Positions 39,490 to 48,254 of a DNA stretch of 64,000 nucleotides are shown here, in pieces. How positions within the stretch are numbered: position 1 is the stretch's first letter; each line of letters begins with the position of its first letter. Below the pieces are notes generated by a model, which had not been told where the DNA came from, did not search any database, and saw only the letters and a list, made by a program, of their open reading frames with translations. Source of the DNA: a virus (taxonomy: Duplodnaviria > Caudoviricetes); the IMG/VR virus record IMGVR_UViG_3300014205_000194, positions 1-64,000 of that record; one strand, written 5' to 3'. Both the position numbers and the translations under genes were made by a program.

Positions 39490-40161
39490 ATGAACCTGAG
39501 CAAATCTACAGTAGAACTAATCAAGAACTTCGCGACGATCAACCAAGGCTTGGTTGTAAAGGAAGGAAAATCGCTGCGAACAATTTCAACCAACAAAGCA
39601 ATTCTTGCCGAGGCTACTATTGAGGAAGAATTTGATCGCGAATTCGGTATTTACGATCTACCCAAATTCCTCGGTCTTCTGTCAATGGCAAAGGATACTC
39701 CGTCTATTGAACTCGGCGATGAGTTCGTAACAGTCAATCACCCACTGGGTAAAATCCGCCAACGTTATAGCCCGACTAATCTTATCCTTTCTCCGCCTAA
39801 TAAGAGCATCAACGTATCTGATTACGCAGTGGAGCTCGACCTTCCTGCCGAGAAGCTGGAGTGGATCTTCAACGTAGCAAGCATCCTGAAGGCACCTAAT
39901 ATCGTTATTCGCGGCGACGAAAACGGCATCGAAATTGCTGCTATGGATGTGAAAGGCGAGATCGTAGACGACGCGTCTACTACAGTGGATGGTAAGGCTA
40001 CAACTTCGTTCCAAGCTGTGATTAAAGTGGAGAACTTGAAGTTGATCCCGGGCGATTATCAAGTAAAACTGTCTGACAAGATGGTATCTAAATTCTGTAG
40101 TGTTTCGCGTGAATTGCACTACTTCGTTGCCATTGAGAAAGATTCTTCTAAATTCCACTAA
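39490..40161 (+). CDS. gp45: Sliding clamp gp45
   Basis: MNLSKSTVELIKNFATIN...FGIYDL..FL...ENLKLIPGDY. Confidence 0.93.
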   Translation: MNLSKSTVELIKNFATINQGLVVKEGKSLRTISTNKAILAEATIEEEFDREFGIYDLPKFLGLLSMAKDTPSIELGDEFVTVNHPLGKIRQRYSPTNLILSPPNKSINVSDYAVELDLPAEKLEWIFNVASILKAPNIVIRGDENGIEIAAMDVKGEIVDDASTTVDGKATTSFQAVIKVENLKLIPGDYQVKLSDKMVSKFCSVSRELHYFVAIEKDSSKFH

Positions 40162-40178
40162 AAGAGGTTGACTATATT

Positions 40179-40436
40179 ATGTTGCATACTCTCACCCAAG
40201 AACAACGTCGTGCCCTGAAGGGTCGCTTCGAAGAACTCAGCAATTCCATGACTCGCGTAGAATCCGAACGCGATTTGATGAAAGATATCTACAATGGAAT
40301 TAAAGAGGAGTTCGAAATTCAACCAAAACTGTCTCGCAAACTGGCGAAAACTTATCATAAACGCGACATTCACGAAGTGACGGCAGAAGCCGATGAATTG
40401 GAAGAGATCTATACTGAACTGTTTCCGACTGCATAA
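40179..40436 (+). CDS. dsbA: DsbA-like dsDNA-binding protein
   Basis: ELSNSMTRVESERDL...RKLAKTYHK, 85 aa helical. Confidence 0.7.
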   Translation: MLHTLTQEQRRALKGRFEELSNSMTRVESERDLMKDIYNGIKEEFEIQPKLSRKLAKTYHKRDIHEVTAEADELEEIYTELFPTA

Positions 40437-40450
40437 GGAAAGTTTATATT

Positions 40451-41395
40451 ATGAATGATATTGTAGATCAAATCTTGTGGGTGGAGAGATATCGCCCACA
40501 TAAGATTTCTGATTGTATCCTCCCAGAAGATTTGAAGGATACTTTCCAGAAATATGTGGATAAGAAAGAAGTACCTAACATGATTTTGTGTGGTGGACCT
40601 GGTGTCGGAAAAACGACAATTGCTCGCGCCATGTGCGACGAAATTGGGTTGGATTATATTGTCATTAACGGTTCAGATGAATCTGGTATTGATACGCTCA
40701 GAACAAAGGTAAAAGGATTTGCCTCTTCTGTTTCTCTATACGGCGGTCGCAAAGTTATTGTGATTGACGAGGCAGATTATTTGACACATGCTGCACAAGC
40801 TGGTTTTCGTGGCGTAATCGAGGAATTTTCTTCCAATTGTTCTTTTATCTTCACGTGCAACTATAAGAATCGTATTATCGAACCACTCCATTCTCGTTGT
40901 GCTGTGATTGACTTCAAGATCAAATCGGCAGATAAGGCAAAGATGGCTTCTGGTTTTATGAAGCGAGTCCAGTATATTCTGGAGCAAGAGAAGGTTGAGT
41001 ATGATCCAAAGGTTATTGCCGCTCTGATTACAAAATTCTTCCCAGACAATCGTCGCATTCTAAACGAACTGCAACGTTATTCGATTCGCGGTAAGATCGA
41101 CACCGGCATCCTCGCTGCTCAGTCAGACATGAAGTTTTCTGATCTGGTTGCAGCTATGAAAGCCAAGAGTTTTGGTGAAGCGCGTAAATGGGTAACCGCC
41201 AACTATGATAATGATGCTGGTGTAATTTTCCGTCAGATTTATGATAGTCTCTATGATATCATGAAGCCCAATAGTATTCCTATTGCTGTTGTTATTATCG
41301 GAAAGTATCAATATCAGGCTGCGTTTGCTGCCGATGGCGAAATCAATCTAATGGCTGCTATCACGGAACTGTTGTGTGAGTGTGAATTCGTATGA
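40451..41395 (+). CDS. gp44: Clamp loader large subunit gp44
   Basis: LWVERYRP, GPGVGKTT, IDEAD, PLHSRC. Confidence 0.95.
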   Translation: MNDIVDQILWVERYRPHKISDCILPEDLKDTFQKYVDKKEVPNMILCGGPGVGKTTIARAMCDEIGLDYIVINGSDESGIDTLRTKVKGFASSVSLYGGRKVIVIDEADYLTHAAQAGFRGVIEEFSSNCSFIFTCNYKNRIIEPLHSRCAVIDFKIKSADKAKMASGFMKRVQYILEQEKVEYDPKVIAALITKFFPDNRRILNELQRYSIRGKIDTGILAAQSDMKFSDLVAAMKAKSFGEARKWVTANYDNDAGVIFRQIYDSLYDIMKPNSIPIAVVIIGKYQYQAAFAADGEINLMAAITELLCECEFV

Positions 41396-41775
41396 CGGAT
41401 CTCTTCAAAGACATTATCCCGAGTATTATGCAGACGAAGAAACATGTCTTGGTGGATGAGTTGTCCACCAAGACATACAACTCGTTCATGGTTAATAAAA
41501 GTCTCTCTTTTCATCCAGATTGCGTCCTACAAGCGAATGAAATGAACATCAATTGGCAGTTAGATAATAAACTCCAATATGATTATCTACTCAATAACAT
41601 TCGTCCGAAGAAAAGACCTTTCGTGAAATGGGGGAAGAAAACCGAAGATTCTGATGTTGATAGCATTTGTCTGTATTTTGGGTATTCTAAACGAGCAGCG
41701 AGGGAATTGATTCAGGCAGAAGTTCTTTCTAAATCACAATTGGAGTTTATTCGTAAACAGACGACCATTGACTAA
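41392..41775 (+). CDS. gp62: Clamp loader small subunit gp62
   Basis: YNSFMVNKSLS..DC...ANEMN...LQYDYL...YFGYS. Confidence 0.9.
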   Translation: MTDLFKDIIPSIMQTKKHVLVDELSTKTYNSFMVNKSLSFHPDCVLQANEMNINWQLDNKLQYDYLLNNIRPKKRPFVKWGKKTEDSDVDSICLYFGYSKRAARELIQAEVLSKSQLEFIRKQTTID

Positions 41776-41815
41776 ATATCGTTACGAATAATAATTAGAG
41801 GTGGGGGAATTCGTA

Positions 41816-42217
41816 ATGTTAGAAAATGAGTTGTTGGAGATTGTCTTGCGTTCACCCGACGATTTCTTAAAAGTTGCCGAGACACTTACTCGGATAGGAG
41901 TTTCGTCTAGACCACAGGATGACAGTGAATTACCGGCATTATACCAATCGTGCCATATTCTACACAAAAGACAAAAGTATTATCTGGTACATTTTAAGAC
42001 GATGTTTAGGTTAGATGGCAAGCCTTCTAGTCTTTCTGAGTCCGACCTAGCGCGTAGGAATACAATTGCTAATTTGCTGGAGGAATGGGGACTGGTAGGA
42101 TTGGTTGAGAGAGTAGGAGATAATCTCGCGCCTATTTCCCAAATCAAAATTATCCCATTCAGAGACAAGGATAAATATAAGTTGGTTTCCAAATATAGTA
42201 TCGGAAAACGTAAATAG
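41816..42217 (+). CDS. regA: Translational repressor RegA
   Basis: DDFLKVAETLTRIG...LYQSCHILHK..YYLVHFK...RRNTIA. Confidence 0.93.
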   Translation: MLENELLEIVLRSPDDFLKVAETLTRIGVSSRPQDDSELPALYQSCHILHKRQKYYLVHFKTMFRLDGKPSSLSESDLARRNTIANLLEEWGLVGLVERVGDNLAPISQIKIIPFRDKDKYKLVSKYSIGKRK

Positions 42218-42248
42218 AATATTTCTGGCGCGGATTATTCTGGTCAGA

Positions 42249-42334
42249 TTATACAGCTGGGAGTCTGTATAAACCTCCTATAGTAGACGCCTTCGGGGTC
42301 AAATAACTCGCTTTAATTAAAGGAGCATATCTAT
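42249..42334 (+). promoter_or_regulatory. Structured hsp20 leader: pseudoknot, UUCG hairpin and ROSE-like RNA thermometer
   Basis: ttatacag/ctgtataa stem with loop ggag pairing ctcc, then gacgcc-ttcg-gggtc, then CTCGCT..AGGAG anti-SD hairpin. Confidence 0.6.
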
Positions 42335-42739
42335 ATGTTTACATCTAATAGTCTTAATACATTCCATGATGCTGTTATGAAAAATCTTTCTCCAGAAAGA
42401 TTCGAGTATAATGGGTTCCCGTCATATAACATAGTGAGCCTCGATGAGAATTCATATTCTATTGAGCTTGCGGTTGCTGGGTATACCAAAGACGACATTA
42501 CTATTCAACTCCTGGAAGGTAATAAACTCAGTATAGAGGGGGCCAAGGTAGATCGTCTCGGGGATAAACGCGAATATCTTCACCACGGGCTTACTAATAA
42601 GAAGTTCAACCGGACTTTCAATTTGAACCAAAACATTGTAGTCGAATCCAGTTCGCTTGTTGATGGTATTCTTGAGATTAAATTAAAATATGTTGCACCA
42701 GAAAGCAAAAAGGCGAGGACGATTAAAATCAATGGATAA
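42335..42739 (+). CDS. hsp20: Small heat-shock protein (Hsp20/IbpA-like)
   Basis: FPSYNI...IELAVAGY...YLHHGL..KFNRTF...DGILEI. Confidence 0.92.
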   Translation: MFTSNSLNTFHDAVMKNLSPERFEYNGFPSYNIVSLDENSYSIELAVAGYTKDDITIQLLEGNKLSIEGAKVDRLGDKREYLHHGLTNKKFNRTFNLNQNIVVESSSLVDGILEIKLKYVAPESKKARTIKING

Positions 42740-43172
42740 ATTTGACTTGCTATATTATGACATCGCAGAGAGGGTCGCCACCCTCTCTCACGCCAACCGG
42801 CTCAAGGTCGGTTCGGTTATCGTAAAAGATAACCGAATCTTATCTTATGGGTACAATGGATCACCAAGAGGCTTTGATAATGCATGCGAGCACGAAGTAA
42901 ATGGGGAGATGGTAACCAAGCCGGAAGTCATTCACTCTGAGATGAATGCTCTAATGAAAGTTGCCGCTTCCCACGATAATACTCGAGGGGCTTCTATGTA
43001 TATCACTCACTCTCCTTGTGTAGAATGTGCCAAAGCCATCCTACAGTCTGGTATAAAGGAAGTTAATTATATAACTCATTATCGCTCTACCCACGTGGTC
43101 GCTTTGTTACTAGCTGGTGGCGTATCTGTCAATAGTAAAGATGGTACTGTTCTTTCGACCCAATATAACTAA
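42732..43172 (+). CDS. cd: dCMP deaminase
   Basis: KVGSVI, GYNG, HSEMNA, THSPCVEC. Confidence 0.9.
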   Translation: MDKFDLLYYDIAERVATLSHANRLKVGSVIVKDNRILSYGYNGSPRGFDNACEHEVNGEMVTKPEVIHSEMNALMKVAASHDNTRGASMYITHSPCVECAKAILQSGIKEVNYITHYRSTHVVALLLAGGVSVNSKDGTVLSTQYN

Positions 43173-43185
43173 ACTGTATAAGAAT

Positions 43186-43295
43186 GAACTCTAATAGAAT
43201 CAAGCACTTAGCGTAAGTTGTTGATTTTGTTGGAGGTTTAATACTATACTTCTGGCCCTAATAGCAATATAATGGTGGTATAGAGTAAGTAATCC
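43186..43295 (+). repeat. Regulatory cassette copy 2: hairpin with two perfect IHF-consensus sites, then TATACT-N17-TATAAT promoter
   Basis: aatcaagcactta-gcg-taagttgttgatt, followed by tataatgg and agtaagtaatcc as in copy 1. Confidence 0.8.
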
Positions 43296-43311
43296 AACAA
43301 GGACAACTGCT

Positions 43312-43536
43312 ATGAAACTGGTTGAAGTCACGAAGGAAAATATCTGGCAAGTGAGTCAAGACCAGGCATTTGAGTGGGTTAAAACTGGCGAATGGGACTT
43401 GAAAATATTCGAAGCCTGGGTTGATACTATCAAAGAGGATCAGTACCAGTGTGGTTATGACAGCGGCTTTAATTCTGGATACTACCAGGCCAGCGAAGCC
43501 ATCGCCGCCCGATGTCTCATAAGTGAGGGAATATAA
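43312..43536 (+). CDS. Early hypothetical protein
   Basis: aagga RBS after the cassette. Contains a FEWVKTGEW motif. Confidence 0.65.
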   Translation: MKLVEVTKENIWQVSQDQAFEWVKTGEWDLKIFEAWVDTIKEDQYQCGYDSGFNSGYYQASEAIAARCLISEGI

Positions 43537-43537
43537 A

Positions 43538-43714
43538 ATGTCCACTAAACCAATCAATACCAATATTGTCGAAGATTTGATTCGTCTCAGAGATGAACTT
43601 GGTGCTCGCGCATTCACAATGGGCGGTAGGGTTCAAAACGATAACCTCGCAGAAGTTGTATATAAGATAAATTCTTGTTTATATAAGGGATATCCGAAGA
43701 GAGTCGAGCGATGA
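43538..43714 (+). CDS. Small hypothetical protein
   Basis: gaggg RBS, tight packing. Confidence 0.5.
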   Translation: MSTKPINTNIVEDLIRLRDELGARAFTMGGRVQNDNLAEVVYKINSCLYKGYPKRVER

Positions 43715-43917
43715 GTAACAAGCTCGAGATAGTTGTATCTGGGTATGAGTCAGAGCTGGAAGAATTCAAGAATTCTGGCGATTTGTATAATAATTTATAT
43801 GATGTTCTCTATGAGCATTATTTAAATAATGGCGAGATGCCATATAGCATCGCCAAGGCACGCACTGGTGACCCATATACCTGGGTATGTGAGAAACTCG
43901 AACGGGATATAAGATGA
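43711..43917 (+). CDS. Small hypothetical protein (EMPY.IAKAR.GDP family)
   Basis: GEMPYSIAKARTGDPYTWV motif, recurrent in large phages. Confidence 0.6.
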   Translation: MSNKLEIVVSGYESELEEFKNSGDLYNNLYDVLYEHYLNNGEMPYSIAKARTGDPYTWVCEKLERDIR

Positions 43918-44102
43918 GAGCTAAAATTCACCGTCCTATTCCTGAGCTCGGTGATAACTGGTATGGAGACTGCCCGGTTAGGGTCGTTACTGTGGATAGG
44001 ATTATCGGTGAATGGGCTGATATATTTGTTAGTGGAATTTGTATAGAAGTTCCGCGATCTTGTCTATTTGATATTGAGTATGAAAATGAAAACGATGCTT
44101 GA
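43914..44102 (+). CDS. Small hypothetical protein
   Basis: ATGA overlap. Confidence 0.5.
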   Translation: MRAKIHRPIPELGDNWYGDCPVRVVTVDRIIGEWADIFVSGICIEVPRSCLFDIEYENENDA

Positions 44103-44202
44103 ATTTATTGTATATGCTGTTATAATTATTGCAATTGGCGGGGCAATTTCCGCCGTGGTTGATTATAAAACGAAATATGCAACATACGAGAGTCTAAAAT
44201 GA
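44086..44202 (+). CDS. Small membrane peptide (38 aa, below the ORF-track cutoff)
   Basis: MKTMLEFIVYAVIIIAIGGAISAVV..., fills the gap and overlaps the next ATG. Confidence 0.45.
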   Translation: MKTMLEFIVYAVIIIAIGGAISAVVDYKTKYATYESLK

Positions 44203-45059
44203 AAATAGCATATTGTTCTGATATCCATCTAGAATTTGGCGATATTGAACTATTCAATGATGAACAAGCGGATGTATTGATCCTCGCTGGCGATATCTGC
44301 GTCGCCAAAGACTTGCTGGAATTTATTCCAGATAGTGGTCGAATTCAAACTTGCAGAATGACCACTAAAAGTAACCTAATTCATATGTTCTTCCAGCGAT
44401 GTGCTACAAGGTTTCCGCATGTACTTTATGTCGTCGGAAACCACGAACACTATCATGGCGACCTGTCGACTACAGTTTATCATCTGAAAGAACATTTGAG
44501 CTACCTTGAAAATCTGCATATCCTGGATAAAGAGTGTATTAAGTTTAATGATATTACATTTATTGGTTCTACTCTTTGGACAGATATGAACAAAGAAGAT
44601 CCCGTTACTCTACATGCTATTAAAGATATGATGGCTGATTTCCGAGTCATTCGAAATAAAAACAAGCTGGCTGTTGATTTGGTTAATCGAGATAATTTGA
44701 CTGCCCCATTGCTGAAGCCTATTGATACGGTAGAAGAACATCGCAGAAGCCTGGATTACATTCGTCAGATTGTTGCTGAACGACACAATGAAAAATTTGT
44801 GGTAGTCGGGCACCATTCGCCAAGTTTTATGAGTGTTGCCAAGAAATACTATGATTCTGGGCTTATGAATGGCGCATATCATTCCGATTTGTCTGAGTTT
44901 ATCCTAGATAGACCACAAATTAAACTCTGGATTATGGGACACACGCACGAACCGTTTGACTATATGATTGGAGATACTAGAATTCTTTGTAATCCTCGTG
45001 GATATTGTGGCCATGAGATGCGAGCCGTGGAATTTGAATTGAAATACATTGAGGTATAA
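44199..45059 (+). CDS. Calcineurin-like metallophosphoesterase
   Basis: SDIHLE, LAGDI, GNHEHY, GHHSP, GHTH, NPRGY. Confidence 0.9.
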   Translation: MKIAYCSDIHLEFGDIELFNDEQADVLILAGDICVAKDLLEFIPDSGRIQTCRMTTKSNLIHMFFQRCATRFPHVLYVVGNHEHYHGDLSTTVYHLKEHLSYLENLHILDKECIKFNDITFIGSTLWTDMNKEDPVTLHAIKDMMADFRVIRNKNKLAVDLVNRDNLTAPLLKPIDTVEEHRRSLDYIRQIVAERHNEKFVVVGHHSPSFMSVAKKYYDSGLMNGAYHSDLSEFILDRPQIKLWIMGHTHEPFDYMIGDTRILCNPRGYCGHEMRAVEFELKYIEV

Positions 45060-45061
45060 CC

Positions 45062-45274
45062 ATGCCAATATATGAAGTTATTACCGTCGAGATGATTAAG
45101 AACGTATATTTAATCGAAGCTAAGGAAGAAGGTCACGCGAAGGATGTTGTGACAATGAAGGAGGCTCTACTCTCTGATGGAGTAGAATATTTGGATGAAG
45201 TTATTATTTCTGTTAGTGAAACTAACGAGTTCGCTGGCGATTTGGTGTATAGGATTGAATATGAAAAAGAATAA
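45062..45274 (+). CDS. Small acidic hypothetical protein
   Basis: gagg RBS. Confidence 0.55.
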   Translation: MPIYEVITVEMIKNVYLIEAKEEGHAKDVVTMKEALLSDGVEYLDEVIISVSETNEFAGDLVYRIEYEKE

Positions 45275-45458
45275 TTCATTCGAAAAAGATTTAGTTATAT
45301 ATCAAAAAGCCAAACGCATTATCGATAGCATAAAAACCCCAGCGCAGCGTCGTATAGCCGACATTTGGTTTTCCCGAGCATATAATACAGTCAATGACTA
45401 CGTTATTAAAGTTGAAATAGATTTAATGCAAACGAGCATGTGGAGATTGTTGCTGTGA
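45261..45458 (+). CDS. Small hypothetical protein
   Basis: agga RBS, fills the gap. Confidence 0.5.
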   Translation: MKKNNSFEKDLVIYQKAKRIIDSIKTPAQRRIADIWFSRAYNTVNDYVIKVEIDLMQTSMWRLLL

Positions 45459-46228
45459 ATATAAAACCGATGATAACCGTAATTACAGGAACGGTTGGGC
45501 ATCCTATGCTCACCCGGAATATTGAGAGTGTATATGATCAGGTCGGTGATTATAACATTCAACATCTAATTTTTATCGATGGACCCGAACGAACTAAGGC
45601 TACTCAGAGAGCCATTGATATGGCTCTAATCCAAGATAGCCCGACCTATCGTCAAGATATCATTCAACTCCCATATTCGGTCGGCAAAGATCGCTGGAAT
45701 GGTCATAGGATGATGGCTGCTGGTTGCTATTTGGCAGACGGCGATTATATTGTATTTTTGGATGACGATAATACTCTATTGAATTGTCATTTCCAGTCAT
45801 GTATAGAAACCCTAGAACGAACTGGTGCTGATTGGACATATTCATTCAGGAATATAGTCGATTCAGAAGAAAATTGGCTGTGTCAAGATAACTGCGAGTC
45901 TCTTGGAATTTGGCCATCTGTGTTATCCGCACCAAATAACAATGATCATTTTGTCGACGTCAATTGTTATTTCTTGAAACGAAATGTTGCTGTATCTACA
46001 TCACCGTGTTGGTTCCGAAAATTCCGAGAACCGGGTCAGGCAGAAGTGGATCGAGTCTTGTGCCAAACTTTGTTACATCATTTTCCGAAGGTTGCACCGA
46101 CACAATTATATACAGTAAACTACATGGTAGGAAATACACCAAATTCAGTACAGGCAGAATTTTTTACTGCTGGTAATGAAGAGATGTTACGTCGTTATAA
46201 TAATAAATTACCGTGGAAACTGTATTGA
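45440..46228 (+). CDS. Glycosyltransferase, GT2 family
   Basis: ITVITGT...IESVYDQ, IFIDG, GDYIVFLDDDN. Confidence 0.8.
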   Translation: MEIVAVNIKPMITVITGTVGHPMLTRNIESVYDQVGDYNIQHLIFIDGPERTKATQRAIDMALIQDSPTYRQDIIQLPYSVGKDRWNGHRMMAAGCYLADGDYIVFLDDDNTLLNCHFQSCIETLERTGADWTYSFRNIVDSEENWLCQDNCESLGIWPSVLSAPNNNDHFVDVNCYFLKRNVAVSTSPCWFRKFREPGQAEVDRVLCQTLLHHFPKVAPTQLYTVNYMVGNTPNSVQAEFFTAGNEEMLRRYNNKLPWKLY

Positions 46229-46237
46229 GGGTGTGTT

Positions 46238-47089
46238 TTGGAAAAGACTCTAGTATGTATTATTGGTCAGGCGCGTGAAGACAAGTATGTCTGGGATAAT
46301 TGGAAGCAATATCTTCTTGGTCCATTAAACGCAGACCTTGCCGTCTGTATCTCAGACGCAGGTATAGATTTATCCAACAACCTGTTTATAGAAAATTCGA
46401 CATATCAATGGATAGTGAATGAACCAACGGATTGGATTGCTGCGTTTGATGACGAGTCTCGTCGACATTATAACAATGATTCATGGAAGGATCTTCTATC
46501 AGTACCAGATAATTGGATTTCTCCGCTCAATGGTTCCCGCGGCGCTGGCGGCATTCTAATCTTTTTTAGGTGGTTGCTTCTCGAGAATCTGGAACTGTCG
46601 AATATATTTGATGAGTATGATAGAGTAATTGTTACTAGATCAGACTACATGTTCACTTGCCCACATCCGCCGATGGAACTACTAGACAAGAAATATGTTT
46701 GGGTCCCTAATGGTGAACACTATGGCGGTATTACCGATCGCTACGCTGTTCTATCCAAAGAGAACTATAGGGGATATTTGAATATCTTCAAACGTATGTG
46801 CTGCGACACACAGGATATGTTAAACTTCTGGTCTACGGTGCCATGCCATCAAAACCTAGAACAAGCGGTAAGGTATACGGTTTTATCTGAATTGGGTGAA
46901 GATTCTGTTCGAGAGTTTCCATTTATCATGTACTCGATTAGAACAGAAGGGACAGAGACAAGATGGGCACCCGGTTATTGGAATGATGAATTACAATGCT
47001 ATATCAAATATCCAACCGAACATGCTTTAGCAAAACAAATGGAGACTATATACAAAACTACAGAAGATTGGTATAATATTAAATTTTGA
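46238..47089 (+). CDS. Putative glycosyltransferase-like protein
   Basis: VCIIGQAR, YDRVIVTRSD, GEHYGGITDR. Lies inside the sugar cluster. Confidence 0.5.
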   Translation: MEKTLVCIIGQAREDKYVWDNWKQYLLGPLNADLAVCISDAGIDLSNNLFIENSTYQWIVNEPTDWIAAFDDESRRHYNNDSWKDLLSVPDNWISPLNGSRGAGGILIFFRWLLLENLELSNIFDEYDRVIVTRSDYMFTCPHPPMELLDKKYVWVPNGEHYGGITDRYAVLSKENYRGYLNIFKRMCCDTQDMLNFWSTVPCHQNLEQAVRYTVLSELGEDSVREFPFIMYSIRTEGTETRWAPGYWNDELQCYIKYPTEHALAKQMETIYKTTEDWYNIKF

Positions 47090-47096
47090 GGTTGTT

Positions 47097-48254
47097 ATGG
47101 AAAAAATTCTTGATTTAGGCATGCATCCTTATGCGGATTCGTTCATTGCAGAGGACCAATTACATCTCCCCGAACCAGTATATCCGCTAGAATTATATTT
47201 AGATAAATCGACCGGACTCATTAAAAATGGCATTATTAATAGTGCCAATGATAGATATAATCAATACAAATATAGCTATACTTCTAGCAATTCTAAAACA
47301 TCCAGGGATCACTGGGATTCTTATGCCTCTTATGTGAAAGAAAAATATCCAGAAGCGATGTTCGTCGTCGAGGTCGGTAGTAATGATGGATATTTGATTG
47401 GACAATTTGAGAATCGACTTGGCATTGATATATCGAAGGAAATGGTAAATATTGCCAATAAAAACGCCATTCCGACTGTACTTTTGGATTTTACGTTTGA
47501 CAATGTAAAACGGACCTTTTGTGAGCAGAAGGTTGACATTATTATCGCCAACAATGTTCTCAACCATGCTAATGATCCGTTCGATTTTGTTGCCGGTGTT
47601 TCCGCTCTTCTATCAGACAACGGGACATTTATATTCGAAGTTCCTTGTTGGGGCGAAATGATACGGACCTGTAATATTGACATGGTGTATCACGAACATA
47701 CCTATTATTACACGCTCACCAGCATCAACAATTTACTACAAACTGCTGGTCTTGTTATCACCGATTATTCGATTGTTAATTATCATGGTAAGAGTTTCAG
47801 GGTAGAATGTAAAAAATATCACGAAGGTATAGAACCGGCATTTAATTTGACTCTAGATTTAATGGTGGAAGATATTAGTGGGTTGTTTGATGTTAATCAT
47901 TATAAGCAAGTTCAAGAAACTATTACTAGACGACGCAATGAGTGGCTAATTAAATTCTATTCTATCTTGATGTTGGATCCAGATGCCGTTATAATTGGAG
48001 TTGGTGCAGCAGCAAAAGCAAATACCTGGTTAAACTGGCATAGATTGGATAAGACATTAATCAACTGCATTACCGATTCATCCGAATATAAATTAGGAAA
48101 ATATACGCCGCTTTCCAGGATTCCCATCGTATCAGATGAGGAATTTGCCAAGCACGAATCTCCGTATGCTTTGATAATGAGCTGGAATATCGGAGAAGAA
48201 CTGAAGAAGAAGATTTTAGAAATTAACCCAAATACGAGGTTTATTACACAATGA
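47097..48254 (+). CDS. NDP-hexose C-methyltransferase (TylCIII/EryBIII-like)
   Basis: LDLGMHP.AD.F...YPL, VEVGSNDG, NNVLNH, YHEH, HGKS, GAAAKANT, K.G.Y.P, WN. Confidence 0.85.
   Translation: MEKILDLGMHPYADSFIAEDQLHLPEPVYPLELYLDKSTGLIKNGIINSANDRYNQYKYSYTSSNSKTSRDHWDSYASYVKEKYPEAMFVVEVGSNDGYLIGQFENRLGIDISKEMVNIANKNAIPTVLLDFTFDNVKRTFCEQKVDIIIANNVLNHANDPFDFVAGVSALLSDNGTFIFEVPCWGEMIRTCNIDMVYHEHTYYYTLTSINNLLQTAGLVITDYSIVNYHGKSFRVECKKYHEGIEPAFNLTLDLMVEDISGLFDVNHYKQVQETITRRRNEWLIKFYSILMLDPDAVIIGVGAAAKANTWLNWHRLDKTLINCITDSSEYKLGKYTPLSRIPIVSDEEFAKHESPYALIMSWNIGEELKKKILEINPNTRFITQ

Noticed and set aside
32264-43295. CRISPR array or IS ends
   Set aside because: Only two dispersed copies, with no spacers, cas genes or transposase.
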